DNA of 64,000 nucleotides, taken from NCBI RefSeq assembly GCF_006345805.1, contig NC_043011.1, positions 50,852,464 to 50,916,463 of the forward strand. Reading direction: 5' to 3'. This stretch comes from Octopus sinensis (Eukaryota). Both the position numbers and the translations under genes were made by a program. The notes below the pieces were generated by a model. The model had not been told where the DNA came from, made no database searches, and saw only the letters and a program-made list of their open reading frames with translations. Shown one piece after another: positions 1-12,820 of this stretch. Each line of letters starts with the position of its first letter. Positions within the stretch are counted from its first letter, which is position 1.

Positions 1-1328
1 AAGTATGATAATGAAAGGGTCCAGCTGGTATTTGGAACATAAATTTAACATCTAAAGTGGGAATTTTGTGTTGTAGAACAAAGGATGGTCTCAGATGGAT
101 TGGTATCAGAAAGGTAAAACTGTTACATACTAATTTGCTTGCGTGAAAGTTTTTGTCAGTAATTTCAATGGTTTTTTGTTGGTTACATTCTAGTATTGTG
201 TGTGTGTGGCGGTGGGAGCACTGTCTCTGATGTGGAAGCAGGACTCCCTTGTGAAACTCAGTTCATCTTTGTCGAAAATTAGTAGCTAATCAGTATCTTC
301 TGTTCATAAACACTGTCACTCTGTAGGTTGCAGTTTTAGATCTATCTATCCTGTGAAGTGACTTTACTGAACCGATGCAACCCTTCCCATGCCAGATGTC
401 CTGATATTCCATAGCAGTCTTCATATCTTCAGCCTGATATCCAATATCTTCCACAAGTTGATCGATATTATGCTCTTCTTGGTCTGACAATACATCATTT
501 ATGTCTATGCATGGTTTTTCAGAAAAGTCGGTTGCTAGATATTTCGTCCTTACTCCTCTGGCAGTACCATGAACAATGTGTACTTTATTTATGTCTATGC
601 ATGGTTTTTTTCAGAAAAGGAGGTTGTGTTCTTTCTCTAATTACTGAGGTCATGGTAGGAAGACAGCCCTTGCTGCTCTGTGGGCTGTTCCCCACCAAGT
701 AAAACTGAGAACTGTACAAAACAGCTTTAACTATCTCAAAATATACCCAATCCTCATTGTAAAATGATTAATGAGGCATTTAGCCATATGAACCATGCCA
801 AATAAAAAGGAGGGTAGTGTTCTCTGTTTCTGTGTGTGATTTTTATTATGATTGATAATTGTGTCTGCATTAAATTTTTGAAGGAACTTGGCACATCTGC
901 TACCAAGACACTCATAATGTTCTGTTAGGCTTTTGAAAAACCTTCAGCTCAAACTTTTCAGTTGTATGCTTTGGTTGGTGTGGAGCTACAGTAGAAGACA
1001 TTAGCTCAGGGTGCTGTGCAGTGGGACTGAATCTAAATACATGTGGTTGGGCGTGTACGCTTCTTAATCACACAGATATACTGAAACTTGTAAAGTTGTA
1101 AATAATAATATTGTATTTTCTGGCATACACACTGACATAGAGTATAGTGTAAGCATTCAAACTTTATTACTATCTTCTCAAATACTGCTGCATTTCACAT
1201 GGAATTTTTGCTCTTCTGAAGTTGTTTTGGTGTTTAAGTTGACCTAACCATGTTTGGTTGTAAATTTTGGTGTAAAAAATTCGACACATGTTAAAAAAAA
1301 TGTGGTAGTTAAATATATTTGACACAGT

Positions 1329-1545
1329 AAGACGGCGAGCTGGCAGAATTTTTAGTATGCCAGGTGAAATACTTAGCGGCATTTCATCCATTTTTATGCT
1401 CTGAGTTCAAATTCTGCCATGGTCAATTTTGCTTTTCATCATTTAGAGGTCAATAAAATAAGCACCAGTTGAACATTGGGGTCGATGTATTCAACTCACC
1501 CCTCTCCTATAACTGCTGGCTTTGTACCAGAGTTTGAAATCAATA
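1329..1545 (+). mobile_element. SINE family C (tRNA-derived; ggcggcgagctggcagaa head)
   Basis: A-box GAGCTGGCAGAA, B-box GAGTTCAAATTC, tail tttgaaatc. Other copies near 2050, 4884, 5716, 7565, 7797, 23760-24080, 36170 (-), 54945-55345 (-) and 63730. Confidence 0.8.
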
Positions 1546-2562
1546 GTTTGGTACAGTGAACTAAAATTATATTGTCCTAAATAACAGAAGACCCAAGCCA
1601 ACAGCAATTTTAAAAATTGTTGTAAAGAAAACTGCTGGCAACATGCTAATTTCTTTATGCTATATAATAATGTTTTTTTCATTTTATGAAAAATTACATG
1701 CTACAACTAATAGTGTTGGTTATTGTGTATTTTTATTTCTTGTTTACTCAACCCCCTCTGCTATATTCATGTAACAAATGCTTTAAAAAAAAAAAAAAAC
1801 TTCCTAAAATATAGAAAATTGCTATAAAATTGTTTCAAATCTCTGAGATTGGTGTTATTGGGGATTTTTATTGTATTGCTAGGTTAATAAGTAAGCTGCA
1901 AATTTTAGGGGAAAAAACCTGCAATTAGTTAAATTGTTTAATTACTTAGTGACCAATAATTTTTTTATTGCTTTTTTCCATTCCTGCAAGACGGAAGAAG
2001 AAAGAAATATACAGCTACCAATTAGTTGATGAATAATGGTTTCTAATTTAGGTACCAAGCCAGCAATTTTGAAGGGTAGCAAGGGTTGTCAGTTACTTTG
2101 GTACCAAAACTTTACTTGTATTGCCTCAGTGATGAAAGGCAGAGTTGACTTTGGTAGGATTTGAACTCAAAACATTGAGTTGAAATTAATGCTGCATGGG
2201 ATTTTGTCTGACTCTCTTAACGACTGCCAGTCCACCATCTTCAGTACTTAATAATATATGTAGAAATAATGGTTAATTAATCTGGTATTGTTGAAACAAC
2301 AATTGGGAATTGTAGTTAACAAATATAGTAGTCAGTGGGGTCAGAAAGTAAGATATCAGATACAAATGATTACCTGCTTAACATTGAGATTACTCTATCA
2401 AATGGAATATTCATTTAGTCATTGTTCTGAATTTATCACATGCATTTTCTTGTAGCTTCAAGATTTTGATGATGCGGTTGTATTCTTTTAGAATGTCACT
2501 GTAGGGTGGGTTTGAAAGGCCAGTTTGAACGTGAAAACATATTTGGTCTGGATATGGCTGGT

Positions 2563-3128
2563 TTAACCCATTCAGATTACTCTGTCAAATGTAATAGGAG
2601 CACTCCGTCAGTTACAACGGCAAGGGTCCCATCTGATACGATCAACGGAATAGTTTGCTCGTGAAATTAACGTGCAAGTGACTGAGCAATCCACAGACAC
2701 GTGTACCCTTAACTTAGTTCTCAGGGAGATTCAGCGTGACACAGAGTGTGACAATTCTGGTCCTTTGAAATACAGGTACAACTCATTTTTGCCAGCTGAA
2801 TGGACTGGAGCAACGTGAAATAAAGTGTCTTGCTCAAGGACACAATGCGTCGCCAGGAATTGAACTCATGACCTTACAATCATGAGCCGAATGCCCTAAC
2901 CACTAAGCCACATGCCTTCTGTCAAATGTAATGCTTTTTTATTCACATTGTTTTGAATTAATCCAGCATTATCTTTTAGCTTTAAGATATTGATGATGTG
3001 ATTGTTTTTAGAATTGCCTTTTTTGATGATGTGATTGTTTGTACAGTAGGTGGGAGAGGCCAGGTCTGGCCAGTCAGCCCATAAAGCTGATAGAATATTT
3101 CTGGCTGGCTTCAATGCTAGAGGGTTAA
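2563..3128. mobile_element. TTAA-MITE (piggyBac-like ends) split by a SINE
   Basis: ttaaccc...gggttaa ends; interior matches the other about 230-bp copies. Confidence 0.7.
2596..2917 (-). mobile_element. tRNA-headed SINE with 15-bp TSD, inserted into a TTAA-MITE
   Basis: A-box TGGCTTAGTGG, B-box GAGTTCAATTCC, gtgtccttgagcaagacactt core; TCTGTCAAATGTAAT duplicated at 2581-2595 and 2918-2932. Confidence 0.85.
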
Positions 3129-3224
3129 CCTTTTTCTGATCCATTTTTGATTAAGTTTTCAGAATGATGAAGAATTTTGTGCAGCTTGTAAATCATGAAA
3201 CTATTTTTCTGTTTTCTTTTCCAG

Positions 3225-3835
3225 GTCGTTGGACATGTCCATGGCACCACTGTGATGTCTGTGGAAAGCAGTCTACGAAACTGTGTTCCGACTGCCCCAA
3301 TTCCTTCTGCACTGCACATGCTGAAAACAACATCCACACGGTGGAGGGGCGAGATGTTTGCTATGATCATGAAGAAGTCATGTTAGAACAGTCATCCAAG
3401 TTTAAAAACGGCTTGAAACAGCCTGCCAAGAACAAGGTGCTGTCCAACGGAATCGGCCCGTTGTCAGAGAAGAGGGAAATAGCTAGTGTTGACGGAACAT
3501 GTAATGATACAATGAAGAGTACAAAGTCAACTGGTGCTCTTGGCGCCAAACTCGAGATACACTTGAATGAAAACACCAAACTAAATAAAGCTGCAGTGAC
3601 AGCGAATGGCGAGAGAAGTGTCAAGGCTTGTGGTAAGCGAAGTCGGCGGGGTCGTGATGATAAGGGGGTGAAAGGTGTCGCTGTTGAGGGCTCCAAAAAC
3701 TTTTCTTCTTCTTCTTCCGGGGTTGGTCAGGTTGATGGTAAAAAGACAGAGAACAACTCTCTGGCCATTCCACCTATGTTTGATGATAGTGATGATGAAT
3801 TTCCTGGCCTAGTGATAGATTTACCCCCCCTGTAG
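3225..3835 (+). CDS. NSD: Terminal coding exon of an NSD-family (NSD1/2/3, Mes-4-like) histone H3K36 methyltransferase: end of PHD5, C5HCH zinc finger, low-complexity tail
   Basis: Polypyrimidine tract plus CAG acceptor ending 3224 (phase 1). GRWTCPWHHCDVCGKQSTKLCSDCPNSFCTAH...DVCYDH matches the NSD PHD5-C5HCH pattern (NSD1 [32 protein letters not shown]). TAG stop at 3833-3835. Upstream exons are not in the window. Confidence 0.9.
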
Positions 3836-3901
3836 TCCCACCCCTATTCTGGGGATGCATTTTTCTCTCTCTCTCCACTCTCCTTGATTCCTATTTCTTA
3901 T

Positions 3902-3934
<33 letters not shown>

Positions 3935-4285
3935 AGAATAAATAAAAAAAAAAATACCACCACCACCACCACCACCATCTACAACAAACATTCAATAATT
4001 AAATATTGAGTTTAAAAAAAAGTGTGTGGTGTTTATGTGGATAGGAGATCTTTGCTGCTCCCCACCCTTTCTTTCTCTGTCTCTATATATATATCTCCTA
4101 CCCCCCAATTCATTCTGTCTCTTTCTCCATCCCTTTAGATTTTGTCAGGTTTTTGTAAAGAATCTCACCAGAGAAAAAGGAAAGAAAGCAAAATGACTTA
4201 TTTTTTATTACTATTATTATTATTATTATCATCATCATCATCGTCATTATTATTAATTATTATTATTATTATTATTATTATTATT

Positions 4286-5940
4286 GTATGTAAAATAAAA
4301 TTTTAATACTTTTTTTTTTCCTTCCCCCCCAGAGAAATTTTAAATAGAAACTATTTTATGTTCTCCCTTTCTTCCCCCCAATCCCATTTCCCATCACTCC
4401 ACAGCCATTACTTTTTTTTTTTCTTCCCCCATCATACTTTCAGAACAGATCAGCTTCAGAAATATGTTTTTTTTTTTTTGGTTTTTTTTTTTCTTTCTAA
4501 AAATTCATCCCTTTTTTTTTTTTTTTTTTTTAACCTGTTGTAAACAGTGGCTGAAATTTTAAGAAAAGTAAAACATACCTCACCAACAATCATCCTATCA
4601 TATTTTGTTTTGTTTTTTTTTTTCTTCTCCTTTCTTTTTAAATATATTCTATCGTTCTCATTGTGTGGGTGGTAAATTGGCAGAAATTGGTGGATCAGTA
4701 CCAAAATGATGCGGCATTTTAGTTAACATCTATTTTAAGTACAAATCTCACGGTCAACTTTAAAATTGTTGAATAAATAGATAACAGTCAAGCAATGATT
4801 GTAGATAAGTTTCAATTGGTTATTTCTTCCTCAGAAATAATAGTTATATTATTATAAACAGCATTATTATTATTATTATTATTAAGGCAGCAAGCAGGCA
4901 GAATTGTTAGCATGCTGGGCAGAATGTTCAGTGGTATTTCATCTGCTGAAGTTGACTTGCCTTTTATCTTTTTGGGGTTGATTAAATAAGTACCAGTTGA
5001 GCACTGGAGTTGTTGTAATCAACTTAATTCCTCTGCTGAAACTGCTGGCCTTGTGCCAAAATTTGAAATCATCATCATCATCATTATTATTATTATATTA
5101 TTATTATTATTATTATTATTATTGTATGTAAAATAAAATTTTAATACTTTTTTTTTTCCTTCCCCCCCAGAGAAATTTTAAATAGAAACTATTTTATGTT
5201 CTCCCTTTCTTCCCCCCAATCCCATTTCCCATCACTCCACAGCCATTACTTTTTTTTTTTCTTCCCCCATCATACTTTCAGAACAGATCAGCTTCAGAAA
5301 TATGTTTTTTTTTTTTTTCTTTCTAAAAATTCATCCCTTTTTTTTTTTTTTTTTTTTAACCTGTTGTAAACAGTGGCTGAAATTTTAAGAAAAGTAAAAC
5401 ATACCTCACCAACAATCATTCCTATCATATTTTGTTTTGTTTTTTTTTTTCTTCTCCTTTCTTTTTAAATATATTCTATCGTTCTCATTGTGTGGGTGGT
5501 AAATTGGCAGAAATTGGTGGATCAGTACCAAAATGATGCGGCATTTTAGTTAACATCTATTTTTAAGTACAAATCTCACGGTCAACTTTAAAATTGTTGA
5601 ATAAATAGATAACAGTCAAGCAATGATTGTAGATAAGTTTCAATTGGTTATTTCTTCCTCAGAAATAATAGTTATATTATTATAAACAGCATTATTATTA
5701 TTATTATTATTATTAAGGCAGCAAGCAGGCAGAATTGTTAGCATGCTGGGCAGAATGTTCAGTGGTATTTCATCTGCTGAAGTTGACTTTGCCTTTTATC
5801 TTTTTGGGGTTGATTAAATAAGTACCAGTTGAGCACTGGAGTTGTTGTAATCAACTTAATTCCTCTGCTGAAACTGCTGGCCTTGTGCCAAAATTTGAAA
5901 TCATCATCATCATCATTATTATTATTATTATTATTATATT
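4286..5940. repeat. Tandem duplication of a unit of about 838 bp downstream of the NSD stop codon
   Basis: 4286-5123 repeats at 5124 to about 5940; differences are essentially homopolymer or microsatellite length; both junctions lie in (ATT)n. Confidence 0.95.
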
Positions 5941-7269
5941 ATTAAGCAGCAAACCGACAGAGTTGCTTACTGGCAGGTCTTCTGGTTATACTTCCTGAGT
6001 TCAAATGCTGCTGAGGCTGGCTTTGCTTTTTGTCTTTTTAGGGCTTGATAAAACAAGAACCTGCTGAACAGTGGGGTCAATGTAATTGACTAGCCCTTTC
6101 CTCCAAAATTAGAAACATTATTATTATTATTTATAATGTAATTAGAATTGTATTAATGATAATAATAATAATGTTGTCAGGGCTGGTGGATTGTCAGAAT
6201 TGTTAGGGCATTGGAAAGAATGCCTTTTTGTATTTGTTTTCACTCTTTACATTCTTAGTTCAAATCCCACCAAGATCAACCTTTGCCTTTCATCCTTGTG
6301 GGGTTGATAAAATCAAGTACCGGTTAAATACTGAGGCTGAATGATCCTAACTAACCCCTTCTGCTCAAAATTGTTGGCCTTGTGCCTAAGTGCAGGAATT
6401 AGCAAACTGGATTAAAATATACTGGTGTCTGTCTTAATTTCTGAGCTCAGATCTTTGTCTTGGTCAACTTCATGCATCATTTCCTGGGGATCAGTAAAAT
6501 AAATACCACTAATTATTGAGTGCAAACCTGGCAGTATGGTTAAGGTCCTTTCATGACTATGTGGTTTGGGTTCAATCTCACTGTGTGGCATCTCCATAGT
6601 CTAAGGTTAACACAAAGCATTTTAATGAAATTTGGTTGATGGAAATTGTGATGAAACCAATTCTTAGGAACTGTTTTTGCATTCAGAGTGGGTTCAGGGT
6701 TAGGTAGACTTAATCTGTTGCTTGGATTAACACTACTACCAGCTCCTCATGTTGCTTTTTAGCCAAGTCCACTCGGTTGTAAGCAGTCAAGCCAGAGCTC
6801 CTGTGTCTTCCTTCAACCAGTCTTGGAAATCCCTAACTAATCTCAGCCCACTTCACCAAAGAAACATACTCAGACGTTAATCCAAGTAATTCTAATCTAC
6901 CATCCCACAGAAGCACATGCCCTGGTCGTTATGAAGCTCTACTCACAGTTGTGATTTCAATTCCTGGGCCAGTTGCTATGTGGTGTTCTGGCACAAAACA
7001 TTTCATTTCATATCCTATCACTCAACTCAGATGTACAGGTGTAATCCCATGATGGACTAGCGTCTTGTTCATGGGGAATGTTGGAATTTTGGTCCCTTAT
7101 ACACTATGGAAACTGGCCCCATGAGCCCTGGGACTTGAAACAGTAATATCCAGATGATGATGACCCCCCCCCCCACGATTCTTACTTTCTTTTTCCATTG
7201 TTGCATGGGTAGGGACAGCTCTCCCCTGGGCCTCACCTCACTTTACCATTTGTCATTTCCTTCATAATG

Positions 7270-7520
7270 TTCAGCTCCCCTGGGATTTTGCTTTCATCAT
7301 TTCTTCCCATAGCTTCCTCGAGTTTCTTCTTCAGGTCATGTTTCTTCCACTTGGATTACTTGACACTCCTTTACTCATCTGTCGTCCTTCATATGCATCA
7401 CAAGTCCATCACAGCTCAGTCATCCCTCTTACACACCACACCTGATTCCTCTTTGGACCTAGTTTTACTCTCAGCTCATTTCTGCTTTTGTCATTCATGC
7501 ACTCTGCAATTACACTTCCA
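7270..7520 (-). mobile_element. Short RTE LINE C-terminal remnant
   Basis: Degenerate ELRVKLG..GIRCGV...VMHMKDD...RK.WEEMMK pattern typical of the RTE ORF end. Confidence 0.55.
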
Positions 7521-8967
7521 ATCGAGCAACTTAAATATTTTTATTACCATTATATTATTAAATTGGTGAGCCGTCAGAATTGTTACCATGATGGGCAAAA
7601 TGCTTGGTGGCATTTCACCCATCTTTATTTTCTGAGTTCCACTTCGGCCGAGGTCCACTTTTCCTTTCATCCTTTCGGGGTCAATAAAATATGTACCAGT
7701 TGAACACTGGGGTCAATGCAATTGACTTATCACCTTCCCTGAAAATTGTTGGCAGTGTGCCCAAATTTGAAATCAATATTATTATTTTTATTCATAAGGC
7801 AGCAAGCTAGCAGAATTGTTAGCACATCAGACGAAAATGCTTAGCAACATTTCTTTCCAGCTTTACAATGTGAGTTCAAATTCTGCCACGGTCCATTTTT
7901 GCCTTTCATTCTTTTGGGGGGTCAATAAAATAAGTACCAGTTATGCACTGGATCGGTGTGATCAACTAGCACTCTCCATGCAAATTTCAATCCTTGTGCC
8001 TATAGTAGGAAGGATTAATACTTTTATTATTATTATTATTATTCATGGAGGTGGTGGGGCGATGATTTTTAGGACATAGGTTTTAGTTAAGTCATTATAG
8101 TTTTATACCCTGAGTGCAGCTGGGCTCGACTTAGGCAACATTAGGAAATCACTACTGTTATTATCATCATAATCATAATCACCCGCATCACTCCCATTAT
8201 TATTATATATATATTTTTTATCAATGTTTATTTCTGTAAGAAATTCCAGTGTAAAATAAAGTTTTGTGAAACTGGGCAGGGTGGTTGGGTCCTGGTGAGA
8301 TTGTCATTTTTTTTTTGTCTTTTTCTTTTTGTATAATCTTTAAAAAAAAAAAACCCAATAAAAAACAATTAAAAACAAACTAAACAATTCTTCTAAATCA
8401 AGGCTGAGGTTTATCCCATCTCCCCTTCTGGGGTCGCTATTTGCAATCTTCCATTCCATCACCACCATGATTTTGTTATATATATTTTTTTTTTATTACT
8501 TGGATAGAGTTGCCTTCAACAGGTCTGTCTGTGTATGTGTCTGCCTATTGGAATGTATGTGCGTGTGTGTGTGTGTTATCAACCATTCTGTATAGTGCAA
8601 CCCTGCTACTATGTCACTCAAACCTTGTTCTTAATCACATCAGCCAACCACAAAAATATTAATCAGAATCTGTCATTTTATTCCATTTTTATCACCCCCC
8701 CCTATCCACCTTTTTGTCCCTATCTCTTTCTCCTTTTTTTTTTTCCATCCTCCAAATAATAGGAATTTAAATAAAAATTGAAATTAATAAAAATTGAATT
8801 TAAAAAAAAAATGTACAAAAATATATAAACTATTGTCACTTTTTTAAGGCCTTATTTTCCATAGTGTTGTGTTATCAGAGCATAAATGTATGTATGTATA
8901 TGTGTCGTGTTTCACACAGAAAACTGCTTTGTGGCTGTTTTAGCTGTGTTAACACATTTTGTGTAAA

Positions 8968-9136
8968 AAGCACCCACTACACTCACGGAGTGGTTGGCGT
9001 TAGGAAGGCCATCCAGCCATAGAAACACTGCCAGATCTGACTGGGCCTGATGAAGCCTTCCAGCTTCACAGACCCCAGTTGAACCGTCCAACCCATGCTA
9101 GCATGGAAAACGGATGCTAAACGATGATGATGATGA
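8968..9136 (+). mobile_element. SINE family B (RTE-like 3' tail)
   Basis: gcacccactacactcacggagtggttggcgttagg...ccaacccatgctagcatggaaaacgga...(GAT)n. Confidence 0.82.
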
Positions 9137-9171
9137 CAGTCTGTCCCTGGTCCTGATATGAAATTTTTGTT

Positions 9172-9399
9172 TTAACTCTTTAGCCTTTAAACAAGCTCAG
9201 ATTTATCCAGCTCAGATATTCTACCTGTTGTATGTTGAAGCTGACTGGATCTGGCCCATCATACCTACCCTGCAATGTCATTCTGAAAATATACAATCAC
9301 GTCGTTAAAACCTGAAAGATAATTGCATAATTAATGCAAAACAAATGTGAATGAATAAGCATTACATTTGACAAAATAATCTGAATGCTAAAGGGTTAA
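9172..9399. mobile_element. About 230-bp TTAA-MITE (piggyBac-like)
   Basis: TTAA-CTCTTTAGC...GCTAAAGGG-TTAA terminal inverted repeats; family recurs through the window. Confidence 0.75.
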
Positions 9400-9614
9400 G
9401 TCAGCTCTATCCAGCCTGAATATTTCTACCTGTTTTATGTTCAAACTGGCTTAAATCTGGCCTCTCACACATACCCAACAGTGTCATTTTCAAAACAATC
9501 ACATCATCGAAATCTTGAAGCTGCAGGATAGTGCATGGTTGATTCAAAACATTGTAATTAAATAGCATTCAGTCTACTCTGTTAAGTGTAATACTTGTCA
9601 TCAAAAATCTGGTG

Positions 9615-10187
9615 TTAATTGTTCCAAACACCATTTTTACCTTTAGCATACTGTAAGTGCATCATGTTGCCATATGAGTTTTCTCCCTTTCAGTTTCAGG
9701 CCAGTGGCAGGTGAAACAATTCTAGAGAAACTGCAGTGTGCTAAAGGTTAATTATGATTAGGTAATTTTTATGAATTTTTCACGTTTTCAAAATTAATAG
9801 ACATGAAGGCAGTGTCTATGTTTGCTGTTTCAGCCAGTTGCTCAATGATGGTTGCTTATCTCTCTGATTGTATCTTGTCTGGGAAAGACAATTCCATAAT
9901 TTCTTGCTGAATAACCTTGCACAAAAGTGGTTAAAGTGATAAACTAAATCCTTGCTTCAAAATTTCATATTTTGTTTCAAACACACTTGTAATAAGGACA
10001 AAAGTTATTTTACTAAATTCTTCATTTGGGCATCAGCATGGCTGTGTGGTAAGAAGCTGGCTCCTTAACCACATAGTCCTGGGTTCAGTCCCACCGTGTG
10101 GGACCTTTGGGAAAATGTCTTATAGCCTTGGACTGACCAAAGCCCTGTGAGTGGATTTGGTAGATGGAAACTGTAAGAAGCCCATTG

Positions 10188-10221
<34 letters not shown>

Positions 10222-10647
10222 TAGTGTGTGTATGTCTTTGTGTCCTGTGTTTGTCCCCTACCAATACTCGACAACTGGTGCTGGTGTGTTTACAGTCTCT
10301 AATCTAGCAATTCAGCAAAAAATACCAGGATTCAGTTGACTAAAAATTCTTCAAGGTGGCGCCTCAGCATGGCAGATGACTGAAACAAGTAAAAGAGAAT
10401 CACTGAACATAAAGCAAATATTGATCTGTATGTATAATATATATGTATGTGTGATGGACTTCCACACAGTTTCTGCCTACCGAATCCACTCACAAGTTAT
10501 TGCTAGCTTACCCAAAGTAATCACACTGCAGTTTCTCTAGAATTGTTTCACCTGCCACTGGCCTGAAACTGAAAGGGAGAAAACTCATATGGCAACATGA
10601 TGCACTTACAGCATGCTAAAGGTAAAAATGGTGTTTGGAACAATTAA
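9615..10647. repeat. 126-bp inverted repeat pair (9615-9740 and 10522-10647)
   Basis: Arms are reverse complements with one mismatch; spacer of about 780 bp contains a SINE-A. Confidence 0.93.
10035..10398 (+). mobile_element. SINE family A (tRNA-derived head)
   Basis: TGGCTGTGTGG A-box, GGTTCAGTCCC B-box, internal (TA)n, tail tgactgaaacaagtaaaaga. Confidence 0.85.
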
Positions 10648-11070
10648 AACATATTTGCAATATGTTATATATCGCCTATAATTAACAGCTGACAGGATTT
10701 GAACTCAGGAGACATAGAACTAAAGTACATACAAAGCACCTTGTTTGATACTCTGTCACTCTACCATTCCATTGCTTTAGATTGGAAAGTGAGAGGATGA
10801 AGGTAGACTTGACTCCAAAAGCCTTCTCTATGCATTGCCCTTACAACTGTGCTATTCTGATGCCAAACCATGGATATATCTTGTTTCATGTCTACGAGCA
10901 GACATCTTATACATCAGAAGAGGTTTCCTATAATAATAAACTGAGATGTTAACTTCATATAAATAAATTCAGAGATCCTTAATGGAATGGGAAAATATAA
11001 TCTGAGCATCTAGGAAAAAAACCCAAACAAACTTTAGAACAAATATGCATAACAGTTAACCTTTTAACAT

Positions 11071-11565
11071 TTAACTCTTTAGCATTCAAACTGGCCAGAT
11101 CTAGCCTCTCACACCTACACTACAATGTCACAGGAGTGGCTGTGTGGTAAATAGCTTGCTTACCAATCACATGGTTTCGGGTTCAGTCCCACAGCATGGT
11201 ACCTTGGGTGAGTGTCTACTATAGCCTCGGGCTATAGACGGAAACTGAAAGAAGCCCGTCGTGTATGTGTATATATATATATATATGTTTGTGTTAGCCC
11301 CCCCCCACAACATCGCTTGATAACAGATGCTGGTGTGTTTACCTCCTGGTAACGTAGCGGTTCAGCAAAACAGACCGATAGAATAAGTATTAGGCTTACA
11401 AAGAATAAGTCCTGCGGTACTCCAGCATGGCTGCAGTCAAATGACTGAAACAAGTAAAAGAGAATATCGTTGAAATCTCAAAGCTGAGAATGCATGGGTA
11501 ATTCAAAGTATTGTGAATCAATAAGCATTACATTTGACAAAGTTAGCTGAATGCCAGCAGGTTAA
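11071..11565. mobile_element. TTAA-MITE split by a SINE-A copy (11131-11463)
   Basis: MITE halves rejoin when the SINE is removed. Confidence 0.75.
11131..11463 (+). mobile_element. SINE family A
   Basis: Full head-to-tail copy nested in a MITE. Confidence 0.88.
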
Positions 11566-11826
11566 TGACTTAGATGTTTGTATAAAATACAGTCGCATGC
11601 TGAAAACTGAATGTTTGTATTTGTGCTATTCGGTGAAAACTGGAGTGGTATCCAGTGGTATTTCTCCTGATGAAGGACGTTTCTTTCGATACAAACACGA
11701 GGATTAAACTCAGCACGAAGACCTTATAAAACACACGTCAATGTTTTAGTGCTGTCACGAATCACAATGAGTGACAGCAGCGATTCTCTGGCTGTCTAGG
11801 CTGTATCAATCAAGGTATATTATATA

Positions 11827-12345
11827 CTAGCAGTATCGCCCGGCGTTGCTCGGGTTTGTAAGGGAAATAACCATATAAGCATTTTTAGAGTTACTTCCCT
11901 TATAGATGCCAATTCGGGCTTTCTTAGCCATTTCTGTTTTGGTGTCTTCAAGCCATGAAGTCGTTGTTCTAAAAGAACGCTGGTCTCCTTGACAACGCAT
12001 TACGACGTTGATTTCCTTACACTCCCTTCCCCACAGCTTCGAGGGAGGGAAGAAGGGGGAGAAGCAAACAGGTGCAGGTGTGACCATGGACGCCAACTCC
12101 ACCGCCATCGACACACGAAAAATTATGCATTAAAATGGAATAAAAAATTATGTTAAATTATTTTTAAAATCGTAAACTCATCGTAGACGCGCGCTAATAG
12201 CCAGACGGGCTCGATATTAATCACGACTATAAGATACCCGAATTTGGTTAAACTGCACCGCAAAATGTGGGAGGAGTTAGGAATCTAAATCGTAGGAGAC
12301 AGACACTCACACAACTACAGTTTTATATATATATATATATATAGA
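11827..12345 (-). mobile_element. Non-autonomous Helitron
   Basis: On the - strand it starts A|TC at 12345 and ends with the hairpin CCCGAGCAACGCCGGG, a short spacer and CTAG|T at 11827, the canonical Helitron termini and A/T target. Confidence 0.78.
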
Positions 12346-12500
12346 TATTCATAGGTTTGTTTGCATTCCCATAACTTAGCAGCCGAGTCAAAGGAAATGA
12401 TGGAAAACATTTAGAAAATTTCATTTAAAAAAAATGTATGTTGGGGGAGGAGGCTCCCTCGTGTAAGGTATACCATTTATAATATCTAGTATAATATATA

Positions 12501-12820
12501 AGGCGGCGAGTTGGCAGAACCATTAGGATGCCGGACGAAATGCTTAGCGGTGTTTGCCTTTCATCCTTTCGGGGTCGATAAATTAAGTACCAGTTATGCA
12601 CTGGGGTCGATGTAATCGACTTAATCCCTTTGTCTGTCCTTGTTTGTCCCCTTGTGGATAATAAAGAAATAGGTATTTCGTCAGTCTTTACGTTTTGAGT
12701 TCAAATTCCGTCGAGGTTCACTTTGCCTCGATAAATTAAGTACCAGTTGCGTACTGAGTTGATCTAATCGACTGGACCCCCTCCCCCAAAATTTCAGGCT
12801 TTGTGCCTAGAGTAGAAAAG
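12501..12820 (+). mobile_element. Composite SINE-C with 20-bp TSD
   Basis: AATATCTAGTATAATATATA at 12481-12500 and 12821-12840; two SINE-C bodies inside. Confidence 0.85.

Noticed and set aside
77-113. AG...GT-bounded 37-nt segment that could be the preceding NSD exon
   Set aside because: Translation (NKGWSQMDWYQK) lacks the Cys/His ligands required for the first half of PHD5
290-490. 66-aa ORF MSDQEEHNIDQLVEDIGY with protein-like composition
   Set aside because: No family recognised, no convincing splice context; short and antisense within the NSD intron
2850-2917. tRNA-like sequences with A and B boxes (also at the heads of SINE families A and C)
   Set aside because: They run straight into SINE bodies, have TSDs or repeat tails, and lack a complete cloverleaf
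11660-11700. cctgatgaagg...tcgatac resembling a Penelope-type minimal hammerhead
   Set aside because: Core reads CGATAC instead of CGAAAC and stem II is poor; at most a dead remnant
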